A stretch of DNA of 47,042 nucleotides from Acidobacteriota bacterium. Lineage in GTDB: Bacteria; Acidobacteriota; Vicinamibacteria; Fen-336. Both the position numbers and the translations under genes were made by a program. The stretch spans positions 1 through 47,042 of the forward strand of contig JANMPI010000510.1 in assembly GCA_031369785.1 (NCBI GenBank). The letters run 5' to 3'. The notes under the pieces are model-generated. The model did no database searches. It had not been told where the DNA came from and saw only the letters and a program-made list of their open reading frames with translations. Position 1 is the first letter of the stretch. Each line of letters starts with the position of its first letter. Shown here one piece after another: positions 35,009 to 43,953 of this stretch.

Positions 35009-36712
35009 GTGAGAGACGGGTTGCGGGTGATCGCCATCGTGCCGGCCCGCGGCGGCACCGATCCTGTCCCGTACCTGAACATCAAGCGCCTCGGCGACTG
35101 CCCGCTGCTCGCGCACACCCTGACCGCGGCCCGCGATGCGCCGTCGGTCGACCGCGTGGTGGTGACGACGGACGACGCGCGGGTGGCCGAGGTCGCGAAG
35201 AGCTACGGCGCCGACGTGCCGTTCCTGCGCCCGCCCGATCTCGCCGCCGATCTGCCCAGCCTGAAGCCGGTCATCGTGCACGCCGTGGCCGAGCTCGAAA
35301 GGGCCGGCGAGCACGCCGACGTCATCGTCATCCTGCAGGCCACGACGCCGTTCCGCGAGGCGGAGGCCATCGAGTCCGCGATCTCCACGCTTCTGGAGGG
35401 CGCCTTCGACACCGTGGTCTCGGTGACCAAGGACCGGACGCTCAACTGGCGCGCCGCGGACGGCCTGCTGCGGCCTCTCTTCGAGAAGGAAGGCCGGCGC
35501 GAGGAGCAGGAGCCGATCTACCGCGAGAACGGCGCGGTGGTGGCGCTGCGCCGGGGCGTGCTCGACTCCGCCTCGCGGTTCGGGGACCGTGTCGGCTACG
35601 TGGTCCTCGACAAGCGCGCCGGGTTCACCGTCTACGACCTCGAGGACTTCTGGATGGCGGAGCGCCTGCTGCGCCAGCCGCGCGTGCTCTTCCGCGTCGA
35701 CGGCAGCACGGGGATGGGCCTGGGCCACGTCTACCGCTCGCTCGCCATCGCCGATGCTCTGCGCCAGCTGAGCCGGGCCGATATCGCGTTCCTGATGAGC
35801 GCGGATCACCCGGAGGGGCTGATCACCGTCTCGCGCCGCGGCTATCCGGTGCGCGTGGTGGGCGACGGCCGGCTCGACAACTACCTCGAGCACATCCGGG
35901 ACTTCTCGCCCGAGATTCTGATCAACGACCTGCCCACGGTTGAGGCCGCCTACATGCGAGCGCTCAGCCACGTCGGCGCGACCACCGTGAACCTCGTCGA
36001 CACCCCGGAGGACCTGGAGACCGCGGAGCACTACGAGCAGGTCATCGTCTCCGTGATGAGCCAGGACCGCGAGACGCCGGAAGGCTTCTACGCCGGTCCC
36101 GCCTACGCGATCCTGCGCGAGCAGTTCCGCGGGCGGGCCAAGGACGTGCGGCAGAGGCCGCGCACGGTGCTGCTGAGCTTCGGGGGCAGCGACCCGCAGG
36201 GGCTCACCCTGAAGGCGGCGCGGGCGCTCGACGCCCTCGATGGATCGATCGAAGTGGTGGCGGTCGCGGGGGCCGCGTTCTCGTATCGCGCCGAGCTCGC
36301 CGCCCTCGTCCCCACGCTGCGGCGGCCGCTGCGGGTGATCAACGACGCCGGCGGGCACATCTCGGAGCTGATGCTGGAGGCAGACCTGATGGTGGGATCG
36401 GGCGGCATGTCGGTGTACGAGATCGCGGCCCTCGGAACGCCCGGGGTCATCCTGGGCCAGAACGTGCGCGAGGACCGCCGCATGCGCGAGTTCGCGCGAC
36501 ATGGGACGGTCCACTATCTCGGCCTCGGTTCCGAGGTCGCGGAGGCGGAGATCGCCACTGCGGTGACGGCGCTGCTGCGCGACTTCCCGGGCCGTCGGGC
36601 GATGAGCGAGCGCGGCCGGGCTCTCGTGGACGGGCTCGGCGCCTCGCGGGCGGCGGAGGCGGTGCTCGAGCGCCGCAAGGTCCCGCGCGCGGCGGAGATG
36701 GCCAAAAAGTGA
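35009..36712 (+). CDS. Fusion protein: N-terminal CMP-nonulosonate (NeuA/PseF-type) cytidylyltransferase + C-terminal PseG/SpsG-like UDP-sugar hydrolase (GT28-like) domain
   Basis: N-terminal part: VIAIVPARGGTDPVPYLNIKRLGDCPLLAHTL..VVVTTDD (CTP_transf_3 pattern). C-terminal part: VLFRVDGSTGMGLGHVYRSLAIADAL and VLLSFGGSDPQG..GGMSVYEIAALGTPGVIL (PseG pattern). GTG start at 35009. 567 aa in one frame. Confidence 0.75.
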   Translation: MRDGLRVIAIVPARGGTDPVPYLNIKRLGDCPLLAHTLTAARDAPSVDRVVVTTDDARVAEVAKSYGADVPFLRPPDLAADLPSLKPVIVHAVAELERAGEHADVIVILQATTPFREAEAIESAISTLLEGAFDTVVSVTKDRTLNWRAADGLLRPLFEKEGRREEQEPIYRENGAVVALRRGVLDSASRFGDRVGYVVLDKRAGFTVYDLEDFWMAERLLRQPRVLFRVDGSTGMGLGHVYRSLAIADALRQLSRADIAFLMSADHPEGLITVSRRGYPVRVVGDGRLDNYLEHIRDFSPEILINDLPTVEAAYMRALSHVGATTVNLVDTPEDLETAEHYEQVIVSVMSQDRETPEGFYAGPAYAILREQFRGRAKDVRQRPRTVLLSFGGSDPQGLTLKAARALDALDGSIEVVAVAGAAFSYRAELAALVPTLRRPLRVINDAGGHISELMLEADLMVGSGGMSVYEIAALGTPGVILGQNVREDRRMREFARHGTVHYLGLGSEVAEAEIATAVTALLRDFPGRRAMSERGRALVDGLGASRAAEAVLERRKVPRAAEMAKK

Positions 36713-37686
36713 AGGCACTGCTGACGGGGGGCGCCGGGTTCGTGGGCAGCCATCTCGCGGAGGCGCTCCTCGCCCGCGGGGACACCGTCCACGTCCTCGA
36801 CAACCTCTCGACCGGGTCGATGGACAACATCGGCCACCTGAAGGGGCGCGAGCGCTTCCACTACATCGTCGACACGGTGATGAACGAGCGCGTGGTGGCG
36901 GAGGCGGTGGACCGCGTCGACGTCGTCTACCACCTCGCGGCCGCGGTGGGCGTAAAGCTCATCGTCGAGAGCCCCGTGAACACCATCGAGACCAACGTGC
37001 ACGGCACGGAGATGGTGCTGAAGGTGGCGAGCAAGAAGAAGAAGAAGGTCCTGATCGCCTCGACGTCGGAGGTCTACGGGAAAAGCGAGGACGTCCCGTT
37101 CCGGGAGGACGCCGACCTCGTCCTCGGCGCCACCACCAAGGGGCGCTGGAGCTACGCCTGCAGCAAGGCCATCGACGAGTTCCTGGCCCTCGCCTACTGG
37201 AAGGAGAAGGGGCTGCCCGTGGTCGTCTTCCGCCTCTTCAACACCGTGGGGCCGCGGCAGACCGGCCGCTACGGGATGGTCATCCCCAACTTCGTGAAGC
37301 AGGCGGTGCAGGGAGAGCCCATTACCGTCTACGGCGACGGCACGCAGAGCCGCTGCTTCACCTACGTGAGCGACGTGGTCGAGGCGCTGGTCAAGCTGGC
37401 CGAGCACCCGGCCGCGGTCGGGCAGGTGATCAACATCGGCAACGATCACGAGGAGATCTCCATCCTCGATCTCGCCCGGCGGGTGAAGGAGCGCACGCGC
37501 TCGGCGAGCCCGATCGAGATGGTGCCGTACGACAAGGCCTACGAAGAAGGCTTCGAGGACATGCCGCGCCGCGTGCCCGATCTCACCAAGGTCAGGGCGC
37601 TCCTCGGGTACGAGCCGAAGGTGCACCTCGACGAGATCCTGGACCGCGTGGCCGAGTACTTCACGTCGGACCGGGCGCGGGTTTGA
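36709..37686 (+). CDS. Extended-SDR sugar-nucleotide dehydratase/decarboxylase/epimerase, ArnA-C-terminal/UXS-like
   Basis: MKALLTGGAGFVGSHL. The canonical YxxxK sits in an ArnA-like context, RWSYACSKAIDE. FNTVGPRQ is also present. GTGA overlap at 36709. Confidence 0.85.
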   Translation: MKALLTGGAGFVGSHLAEALLARGDTVHVLDNLSTGSMDNIGHLKGRERFHYIVDTVMNERVVAEAVDRVDVVYHLAAAVGVKLIVESPVNTIETNVHGTEMVLKVASKKKKKVLIASTSEVYGKSEDVPFREDADLVLGATTKGRWSYACSKAIDEFLALAYWKEKGLPVVVFRLFNTVGPRQTGRYGMVIPNFVKQAVQGEPITVYGDGTQSRCFTYVSDVVEALVKLAEHPAAVGQVINIGNDHEEISILDLARRVKERTRSASPIEMVPYDKAYEEGFEDMPRRVPDLTKVRALLGYEPKVHLDEILDRVAEYFTSDRARV

Positions 37687-39152
37687 CCGGGGACCGCACC
37701 TCCCTCCTCCGCCACCTCGGCAAGCTCGCCTCGCACTCGGCGGTCTACGGGCTCGCCGACGTCTTCACCACCGTCGTCAACCTCCTCCTCATCCCGCTGT
37801 ACACGACGTACCTCGGCGCCACCGAGTACGGGCACCTCGCCCTCCTGATGCTGTTCTCGACCGCGGCCAAGATCCTCTTCCGCCTCGGCCTCGACGCGGG
37901 CTTCTTCCGCGTGCACTACGACATGACCAGCGACTCGGAGCGGCGGACCCTGGCCGGCACGGTGGCGCTCTTCGCCGCGGGCGCTTCGACGGTGCTGATG
38001 GGGCTGGTGCTCGTCCTCCGCGGCCCGCTCACGCGGGCCTTTCTCGGCGCGGGGATCCCGGAGAGCTGGATCGTCCTCGCCGCTTCGGACGTGTACCTCG
38101 GCACCTTCGCGTTCGTGCCGCTCAGCCTGCTGCGCATCCAGGACCGGCCGCAGCTCTTCTCGGCGCTCTCCGTGGTGCGGCACACCGTGAACATCACGCT
38201 CAAGGTCGTCCTGGTGAGCCGCGGGCTGGGCATCTCCGGGATCCTGTGGGCGGACGTCGCCGCCACCGCCGCCTTCGCGCTCGTGCTGCTGCCCATCCTG
38301 GTGAAGAACGCGGCCGCCGCCTTCTCGATGCCGCTGCTGCGCGATGTGCTCACCTTTGCCCTGCCCAAGGTGCCGCACGGGGTGATGCTGCAGGTCCTGA
38401 ACCTCGCCGACCGCAAGATCCTCGATCTCTTCGTCACCCGCGCCGAGGTCGGCGTCTACCAGATGGGCTACACGTTCGGGGGCGGGGTGAAGTTCGCGAT
38501 GTCCGCCTTCGAGCCCGCGTGGGGGCCGTTCGTCTATGCGCGGGCGCGGGAGGAAGGCGGCGCTTCGACCCTGGCGCGGGTCGCGACCTACGCGTTCGCG
38601 GCCTTTGCCGCCGCCGCGCTCGCCGTGGCCGCCCTCGGGCCCGATCTCCTGCGCCTCATGACCCCGCGCAATCCGGCGTTCCATGCCGCGGCTCCGATCA
38701 TCCCCGTCATCGCACTCGCGTACCTGCTGCACGGCGTGTTCCTGCTGACGTCGGTCGGTATCGGGATCGCCCGCCAGGCGCGGTACTACCCGATGGTCAC
38801 GGGCGCCGCCGCGGCCACGAACGTCGCCGCGAACTTCGCACTCATCCCGCGCTTCGGCGCCATGGGCGCGGCCTGGGCCACCGTCCTCGCCTACGCGGTG
38901 ATGGCGGGCCTCGGTCACGTCTTCTCGCGGCGGGTGTTCCCGATCCCCTTCGAGGGATCGCGGCTGCTGCGGATCGCGGCCGCGGCCGCCGGGGCCTATG
39001 CGCTGTCCACCCTTGTCGGCGGCGCGGGGACCGCGGCGGCGAGCGCGCGGGCCCTGACCCTGATCGCGTTCCCCGTCCTTGCCCTCGCCCTGGGTGTCCT
39101 CCGTACCGACGAGTCACAACGGCTCCGGCGTATATTCGGAGCGAGGGTCTGA
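37683..39152 (+). CDS. Wzx-like oligosaccharide flippase (MOP/polysaccharide biosynthesis protein family)
   Basis: 489 aa with about 12-14 TM segments. The N-terminus HSAVYGLADVFTTVVNLLLIPLYTTYLGATEYG is typical of PST-family flippases. TTGA overlap at 37683. Confidence 0.8.
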   Translation: MTGDRTSLLRHLGKLASHSAVYGLADVFTTVVNLLLIPLYTTYLGATEYGHLALLMLFSTAAKILFRLGLDAGFFRVHYDMTSDSERRTLAGTVALFAAGASTVLMGLVLVLRGPLTRAFLGAGIPESWIVLAASDVYLGTFAFVPLSLLRIQDRPQLFSALSVVRHTVNITLKVVLVSRGLGISGILWADVAATAAFALVLLPILVKNAAAAFSMPLLRDVLTFALPKVPHGVMLQVLNLADRKILDLFVTRAEVGVYQMGYTFGGGVKFAMSAFEPAWGPFVYARAREEGGASTLARVATYAFAAFAAAALAVAALGPDLLRLMTPRNPAFHAAAPIIPVIALAYLLHGVFLLTSVGIGIARQARYYPMVTGAAAATNVAANFALIPRFGAMGAAWATVLAYAVMAGLGHVFSRRVFPIPFEGSRLLRIAAAAAGAYALSTLVGGAGTAAASARALTLIAFPVLALALGVLRTDESQRLRRIFGARV

Positions 39153-39175
39153 TCCATCAATAGGAGGCATTCGTC

Positions 39176-39733
39176 ATGAAGATGCTCATCGTCGCCGCCG
39201 CCGTCGCCGTCCCGCTCTTCGCCGCCGCCGCGGACGAGAAGCCCATGAAGACTCCCCCGGGCATGATGCACGTGATGGCGGCCGGGCGCGCCGTCGCCGT
39301 GCTGCGCTCGGCGCCCGCCGGCAAGGTCGAAGGGACGATCTGGTTCGAGCCCGCGGGGAGCGGCGTCGCGGTCAAGGCCCGAATCTCCGGCCTGACGCCG
39401 GGCACGCATGGGTTCCACGTCCACGAGTTCGGGGATTGCTCGGCGGCCGACTTCACCTCCGCCGGCGGGCATTTCAACCCGATGACGATGGCGCACGGCG
39501 CACCGCAGGCCGCGACCCGTCACGTCGGCGATCTCGGGAACATCGAGGCCAACGCCGAGGGCGTGGCCACCCTCGATCTCACCGATGCGCAGCTCGCGTT
39601 CGACGGCCATCACGGGATCGTCGGCCGCGCGGTGATCGTCCACGCCAAGGCCGATGACCTGAAGACGCAGCCCACGGGCGACGCCGGCGGCCGCCTCGCC
39701 TGCGGCGTGATCGGAATCGCGAAGCAGCCGTAG
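39176..39733 (+). CDS. sodC: Periplasmic Cu/Zn superoxide dismutase
   Basis: Signal peptide MKMLIVAAAVAVPLFAAAA. Motifs: GFHVHEFGDC, GGHFNP, RHVGDLGNI and GGRLACGVIG. An AGGAGG SD lies 7 nt upstream of the ATG. Confidence 0.95.
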   Translation: MKMLIVAAAVAVPLFAAAADEKPMKTPPGMMHVMAAGRAVAVLRSAPAGKVEGTIWFEPAGSGVAVKARISGLTPGTHGFHVHEFGDCSAADFTSAGGHFNPMTMAHGAPQAATRHVGDLGNIEANAEGVATLDLTDAQLAFDGHHGIVGRAVIVHAKADDLKTQPTGDAGGRLACGVIGIAKQP

Positions 39734-39736
39734 GTC

Positions 39737-39790
39737 GGGACTGTAGCGCTAGCTGGGGCTGTAGCCGTGCTTGGGCTGTAGCCGTGGCTG
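39737..39790. repeat. Three tandem ~18-nt direct repeats (core GGGNCTGTAGC)
   Basis: The copies are GGGACTGTAGCGCTAGCT, GGGGCTGTAGCCGTGCTT and GGGCTGTAGCCGTGGCTG, read directly. They start 4 nt after the sodC stop. Confidence 0.7.
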
Positions 39791-39807
39791 CGACCAGCTT
39801 ATTGAAG

Positions 39808-39892
39808 CTGGGGGGGAACGTCAGCGACGCGCAAGCGAAGCGCTTCGCTCCCCCCCCAGACCCCCCACCGGGCGCCGCCGCTGCGCGGCGCC
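39808..39892. terminator. Compound GC-rich stem-loops in the convergent intergenic region (possible bidirectional terminator / REP-like element)
   Basis: CTGGGGGGG (39808-39816) pairs with CCCCCCCAG (39851-39859). Together they enclose the perfect 16-nt palindrome AGCGAAGCGCTTCGCT (39834-39849). A second hairpin is GGCGCCGC-cgctgc-GCGGCGCC (39871-39892). No U-tracts are present. Confidence 0.45.
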
Positions 39893-39906
39893 GCCCTCCT
39901 GATCAG

Positions 39907-40980
39907 CTAACCGGCACTACGCCTGCGGCCGACCAACCCCGCCAGCGCGCAAGCCGCCAGCGACGCCAGCGGGGCGGCGCCGAAGGCCAGCGCGTGCATC
40001 TCGAGGCCGAGGCGGACGGGGAGCGCCGACGCACCCGCCGCTACCGCCAGTGCGGCGACGATGGCCGCCGCGTGCGTGCGCAAGGCCGCTCCCGACGCCG
40101 CGCGCGTGAACGCAAGCGACGCCGCCAGCGCCACCAGCGCGGCGACGTCGAGGCGCCACGGCATCGCGGCGACGGGGATCGAAGACGCATCGACGAACGC
40201 CGACGGTACGCGGACGAAGCCCGGGATCGACCACGCGTACTCGGCCACGAAGACGAGGCCGAGCGCGATCCCGTACGCGCCCAGGACCCAGCGTGCGCGG
40301 CGGCGGTGTCCGGCTGCAATCTCGAGGGCGGCCGCCACCAGGACGAGCGCGAGCAGCACGGGGATCGCCCCCGCATAGAGGGCCTGCGCGCCGAAGAAGA
40401 ATGCGCAGGCGGCGGCGCCGTCCCGCGCCGCCTCCAGCACCCGCTGGCGGCGGACGAGATGCACGAGGACGGCCAGCTCGCCCGCGCTGCCGAGGACGGA
40501 CGGGAAGCGGCCGGCGGCAAGCGGCTGGCGCATTTCCGGGAGCGCCAGGGCGATCACCTGGGCGAGGACCCCCGCCCACGCCGGCGCGCCGAGCCCTCGC
40601 GCGAGGGCATGCGTGAGGAGGAGCGCTGTGCCGAGCGCGGCACCGGCGAGGACGCGAACGCCCAGCGCGTCACCGAACACAATGGCCAGCGGCCAGGCCA
40701 GGAGCCGGAAGCATCCGGCGGCGGAAACCGGCGCGGGATCGAAGAAGGCAAACGGATCCGCGCGCACCGCGTCGAGCGCCGCGGCCTGCGCGCGAGCGCC
40801 GTCGCCCGCCGGAAGGAGCCAGAGCGTCCATACCGCGGCCAGCGCGGGGACGACGAGGGGGCCGGGGCTCCACGGCAGATGCTCGGGCCAGCAGCGCGAG
40901 AGGCCGTGGAAGACGAGGGCGATGATGCAGAGCGCGACCCCCACGGCAGCGGCGAGCGGCCATGAGAAAGGAGGCAGCAC
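39907..40980 (-). CDS. Polytopic integral membrane protein of unknown function (~10 TM)
   Basis: 357 aa, almost entirely hydrophobic A/L/V/G-rich segments with short R-rich loops. GTG start at 40980. It is divergent from the next gene with a 32-bp spacer. Confidence 0.5.
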   Translation of the reverse strand: MLPPFSWPLAAAVGVALCIIALVFHGLSRCWPEHLPWSPGPLVVPALAAVWTLWLLPAGDGARAQAAALDAVRADPFAFFDPAPVSAAGCFRLLAWPLAIVFGDALGVRVLAGAALGTALLLTHALARGLGAPAWAGVLAQVIALALPEMRQPLAAGRFPSVLGSAGELAVLVHLVRRQRVLEAARDGAAACAFFFGAQALYAGAIPVLLALVLVAAALEIAAGHRRRARWVLGAYGIALGLVFVAEYAWSIPGFVRVPSAFVDASSIPVAAMPWRLDVAALVALAASLAFTRAASGAALRTHAAAIVAALAVAAGASALPVRLGLEMHALAFGAAPLASLAACALAGLVGRRRSAG

Positions 40981-41012
40981 GGGTCGACCGAGGACGTTAG
41001 CATGTCTCCCCG

Positions 41013-42854
41013 ATGATTCCTTCCCACACCGCCGCGCGCCTGGCCGCGCTCCTTGGCGTCCTCGCGATGAGCGAAGGCCTCTTCGCGCTGGCCGCGGCGC
41101 GCCGGGCTCCGGTGACGGTCGACGTGGGCCCGTCCACCGGCGCCATCGGTGCCGGGTTCACGGAGAGCGAAGAGCGCCCGCCGACGACCTTCCGATGGAC
41201 GCGCCGCGTGGCCGCGATCGACGTGCCGGTGACGACACGCGGCGGTCCCGCCGTGGTCACGTTGCGCGCCGCGCGCTTCCTCGACGATCCCGCGTCGGTG
41301 CAAATCTTCCTCTCCGGCCGACGCGCGGGCGCGTTCACCGCCGCGCCGGGCGGGTTCCGGATTTACCGTCTCGAGGCCGACGTGCCGCCGGGGCCGCTGC
41401 GGATCGAGGTGCTCAGCGCGTCACCGGGTGACGAAGACCTCGGGGTCGCCCTCGACTGGGTCCGCGTGGAGGGGCCGGCGTGCACGATGGCGGGCTGGCG
41501 CCCGCGGGCGCTCGTCGCCATCGCGTTCGCGGTGGCGATGGCGGGCGGGCTCGGAGCCGCCGGCGCGGCGGTGACAGGCCTCGGCCTCGCGCTCCTGATC
41601 GCTCTCGCCGCCGCGGTCGATCCGTTCGCCGCCGCGCACGTGAGCGGCCACCTCGTCGTCGGCGCCGCCCTCCTCCCGCTGGCCGTCGCGGGCGCGCTGC
41701 GCGGCGTCCCGGGGCGCCGCTTCGTCGTCGTCATCGTGCTCGCCGGGTACGTCGTGAAGGGCGGCGGCGTCTTCCATCCGCGCTACTTCTACCCGGACGT
41801 GCGCAACTTCGGCCGCTACGTCGAAGCGCTCGCGGCCGGCGACGGATGGCCGGACGAGCGCGGCCGCGCCGCCCAGGTACGCACCAACACCGCGTATCCG
41901 CGGTACGTCGGCGGAAAAGCCTACGCCTTCCCGTACTCGCCGCTGTTCTTCCTGCCCTTCACCGGCCTCGTCTCCGATCGGGCGCGGGTCGAGGACGCGC
42001 TGAAGCACGCCGCCCTCGCCGCCGCCGCGCTCGAGGTGGTCGCGGTGTTCCTCCTCGCGCGCGCGGTGGGAGGGGCTGGATCCGGGATCGCGGCCGCGCT
42101 CCTCGCCGCGTTCCTCCCCCCGCTCTTCAACCGCCTCCTGTTCGCCATGTTCGCGACCATCGCCGGCCATCTCCTCGACGTGGCCGCCATGGCCGCCGCC
42201 GCCCGCGCCGCGCGGGTGCGTACCCGGCGCGCGCTGGCCACCGCCTTCGCCTTCACCCTCGCCGCCCTCCTCACCTACGTGTCGAGCCTCTTCAACCTCA
42301 CGGCTTTCTTCGCCGCCTTCGCGGCGCTCGAGCGGCGCCTGGCGCGGCCGCTGCTCGCCCTCGCGCTCGTGGCCTCGGTGTTCACGGTCGCGTTCCTCTA
42401 CGTGCCCTTCGTGCTCGACTTCGTGCGTGAGATCGCACCCGCGGCGCTGCGGGGCGGCGGTGCGGCGGCCGCGGCCGGCCCCGGCGGCGCGCTGGCCCGC
42501 ATCCCGCTCTTCTACGGCATCGCGTATCCCTTGCTTACGTTGGCCGGGATCGCGCTCATCGCGCGAAGGGCGCCGCCGGAGGGACGCCACGCGATCCTCG
42601 CGTACGCGCTGGCCTTCGCGGTTCTGGTGGCGCTCCGCGCCTTCGGCGCGGGCCTGTTCAAGGACCTGAAGGAGATCGAGTTCGCCTCCCCGCTGGTGGC
42701 GATCGCGACCGGCGCGGTGCTCGAGGTGATCGCGGGCCGCGGGCGGGCCGGAATGTGGGCCGCGGCGATGGTCGCGGCCGGCCTCCTTGCCTTCTCGCTG
42801 GGGCGCTCCTTCGAGTACCTGGCTGCTCATACCGTGTTGGTAGGACTCGGCTAA
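41013..42854 (+). CDS. Polytopic membrane protein, GT-C-like candidate with N-terminal extracytoplasmic module
   Basis: 613 aa. A signal-anchor is followed by a ~120-aa soluble module (TTFRWTRRVAAIDVP...DLGVALDWVRVEG) and then 12 or more TM segments. One loop reads HPRYFYPDVRNF...YPRYVGGKAYAFPYSPLFFLPF. Confidence 0.55.
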   Translation: MIPSHTAARLAALLGVLAMSEGLFALAAARRAPVTVDVGPSTGAIGAGFTESEERPPTTFRWTRRVAAIDVPVTTRGGPAVVTLRAARFLDDPASVQIFLSGRRAGAFTAAPGGFRIYRLEADVPPGPLRIEVLSASPGDEDLGVALDWVRVEGPACTMAGWRPRALVAIAFAVAMAGGLGAAGAAVTGLGLALLIALAAAVDPFAAAHVSGHLVVGAALLPLAVAGALRGVPGRRFVVVIVLAGYVVKGGGVFHPRYFYPDVRNFGRYVEALAAGDGWPDERGRAAQVRTNTAYPRYVGGKAYAFPYSPLFFLPFTGLVSDRARVEDALKHAALAAAALEVVAVFLLARAVGGAGSGIAAALLAAFLPPLFNRLLFAMFATIAGHLLDVAAMAAAARAARVRTRRALATAFAFTLAALLTYVSSLFNLTAFFAAFAALERRLARPLLALALVASVFTVAFLYVPFVLDFVREIAPAALRGGGAAAAAGPGGALARIPLFYGIAYPLLTLAGIALIARRAPPEGRHAILAYALAFAVLVALRAFGAGLFKDLKEIEFASPLVAIATGAVLEVIAGRGRAGMWAAAMVAAGLLAFSLGRSFEYLAAHTVLVGLG

Positions 42855-42903
42855 CCGCCCTCGGGAGGGCCATGCTAGTCTCAGCGTTTCGCGAACGGGA
42901 GGG

Positions 42904-43953
42904 ATGTCCGGCATAGCGATCACTCCGCGGAGCGCGGCCGACGATGAGGAGCTCTTCCGGCTGTACCGCGCCGTCTTCGGGGAGGCCCTCGCCGAGTCCA
43001 GTCGCCGCCGCTGGCGGTGGCAGTACCAGGAGAACCCGGCGACACCGCCCGGCGGTCCGGAGATCTGGGTCGCCCGCGACGGAGCCACCCTTCTCGGCCA
43101 GTACGCGTCGATGCCCGTCCACCTTCGCTGGGGAGATCGCGAGGTCCGGTCCTCGTGGGGAATGGACGTCTTCCTGTCCCCCGCCGCGCGCGGCCGCGGG
43201 GTCGGGGCGCAGCTGTTCACGACCTGGAGCGACCACGTCGAGGTCGCCCTCGGCCTCGGCCTCACCTCGTCCTCCTATGGCCTCTTCCAGAAGCTCGGCT
43301 ACGACGACGTCGGACCGGTGCCCTTCTACTACCGGATCCTCGACGCTCGCGCGGTGGTGGCGCGGCGGATGGGCGGCGCGGGGGCCGGGCTCGGGCGTTT
43401 GCTGGAGCTCGGGTGGGGCCTCCGCCATCCCGAGCGAGCGCGTCCCGCCGCCGACATCGGCGTCGCGCCCGTCTCCGGCTTCGACGCGCGCTACGACGCG
43501 CTGTGGGCGAACGCGGGCCCGTCCTACGCGATGTGCGTGCGTCGTGACGCCGCGTATCTCGAATGGAAGTACGCGCGCTGCCCGAATTACCGCTATGACA
43601 TCGTCGAAGCTACGCGCGGCGGCGCCCTGGCCGGGTTCGCGGTGAGCCGGCACGAGGAGCTTCGCGGCCTGCGGCTGGGGTGGATCGTCGACCTCTTCGC
43701 GCACGCCGACGATCACGCCGTGCGCGATGCCCTGCTCGGCCGGGTGCTGGACGGCTTCCGCGCGGCGGGAGTCGCCCGCGCGCAGGCCTTCAGCATGAAC
43801 GCCGGCATCGGCGCGGACCTCGGGCGCCGCGGGTTCCGGCGCGGGCCGTCGCCAATGCAGTTTTGCGTCCGCTCGCGCCTGCCCTCCGAGGACGTCCTGG
43901 CCGCGACGTCGCGCTGGCACGTGATGTTCGGCGATAGCGACATGGACCGATGA
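42904..43953 (+). CDS. GNAT-family N-acetyltransferase (two-lobed, 349 aa)
   Basis: Acetyl-CoA motif A context VFLSPAARGRGVGAQLF. The overall pattern is GNAT-like. Confidence 0.65.
   Translation: MSGIAITPRSAADDEELFRLYRAVFGEALAESSRRRWRWQYQENPATPPGGPEIWVARDGATLLGQYASMPVHLRWGDREVRSSWGMDVFLSPAARGRGVGAQLFTTWSDHVEVALGLGLTSSSYGLFQKLGYDDVGPVPFYYRILDARAVVARRMGGAGAGLGRLLELGWGLRHPERARPAADIGVAPVSGFDARYDALWANAGPSYAMCVRRDAAYLEWKYARCPNYRYDIVEATRGGALAGFAVSRHEELRGLRLGWIVDLFAHADDHAVRDALLGRVLDGFRAAGVARAQAFSMNAGIGADLGRRGFRRGPSPMQFCVRSRLPSEDVLAATSRWHVMFGDSDMDR

Noticed and set aside
39737-39790. Possible CRISPR array or tRNA in the sodC downstream spacer
   Set aside because: There are only three contiguous ~18-nt repeats with no spacers between them, and no cas genes are in the window. 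No cloverleaf-compatible arms or anticodon loop could be drawn.
39784-40965. 393-aa plus-strand ORF, very rich in R/E/G/D
   Set aside because: It is antisense to the polytopic membrane protein gene 39907-40980. Its 5' end runs through the structured intergenic repeats. The composition is not protein-like.
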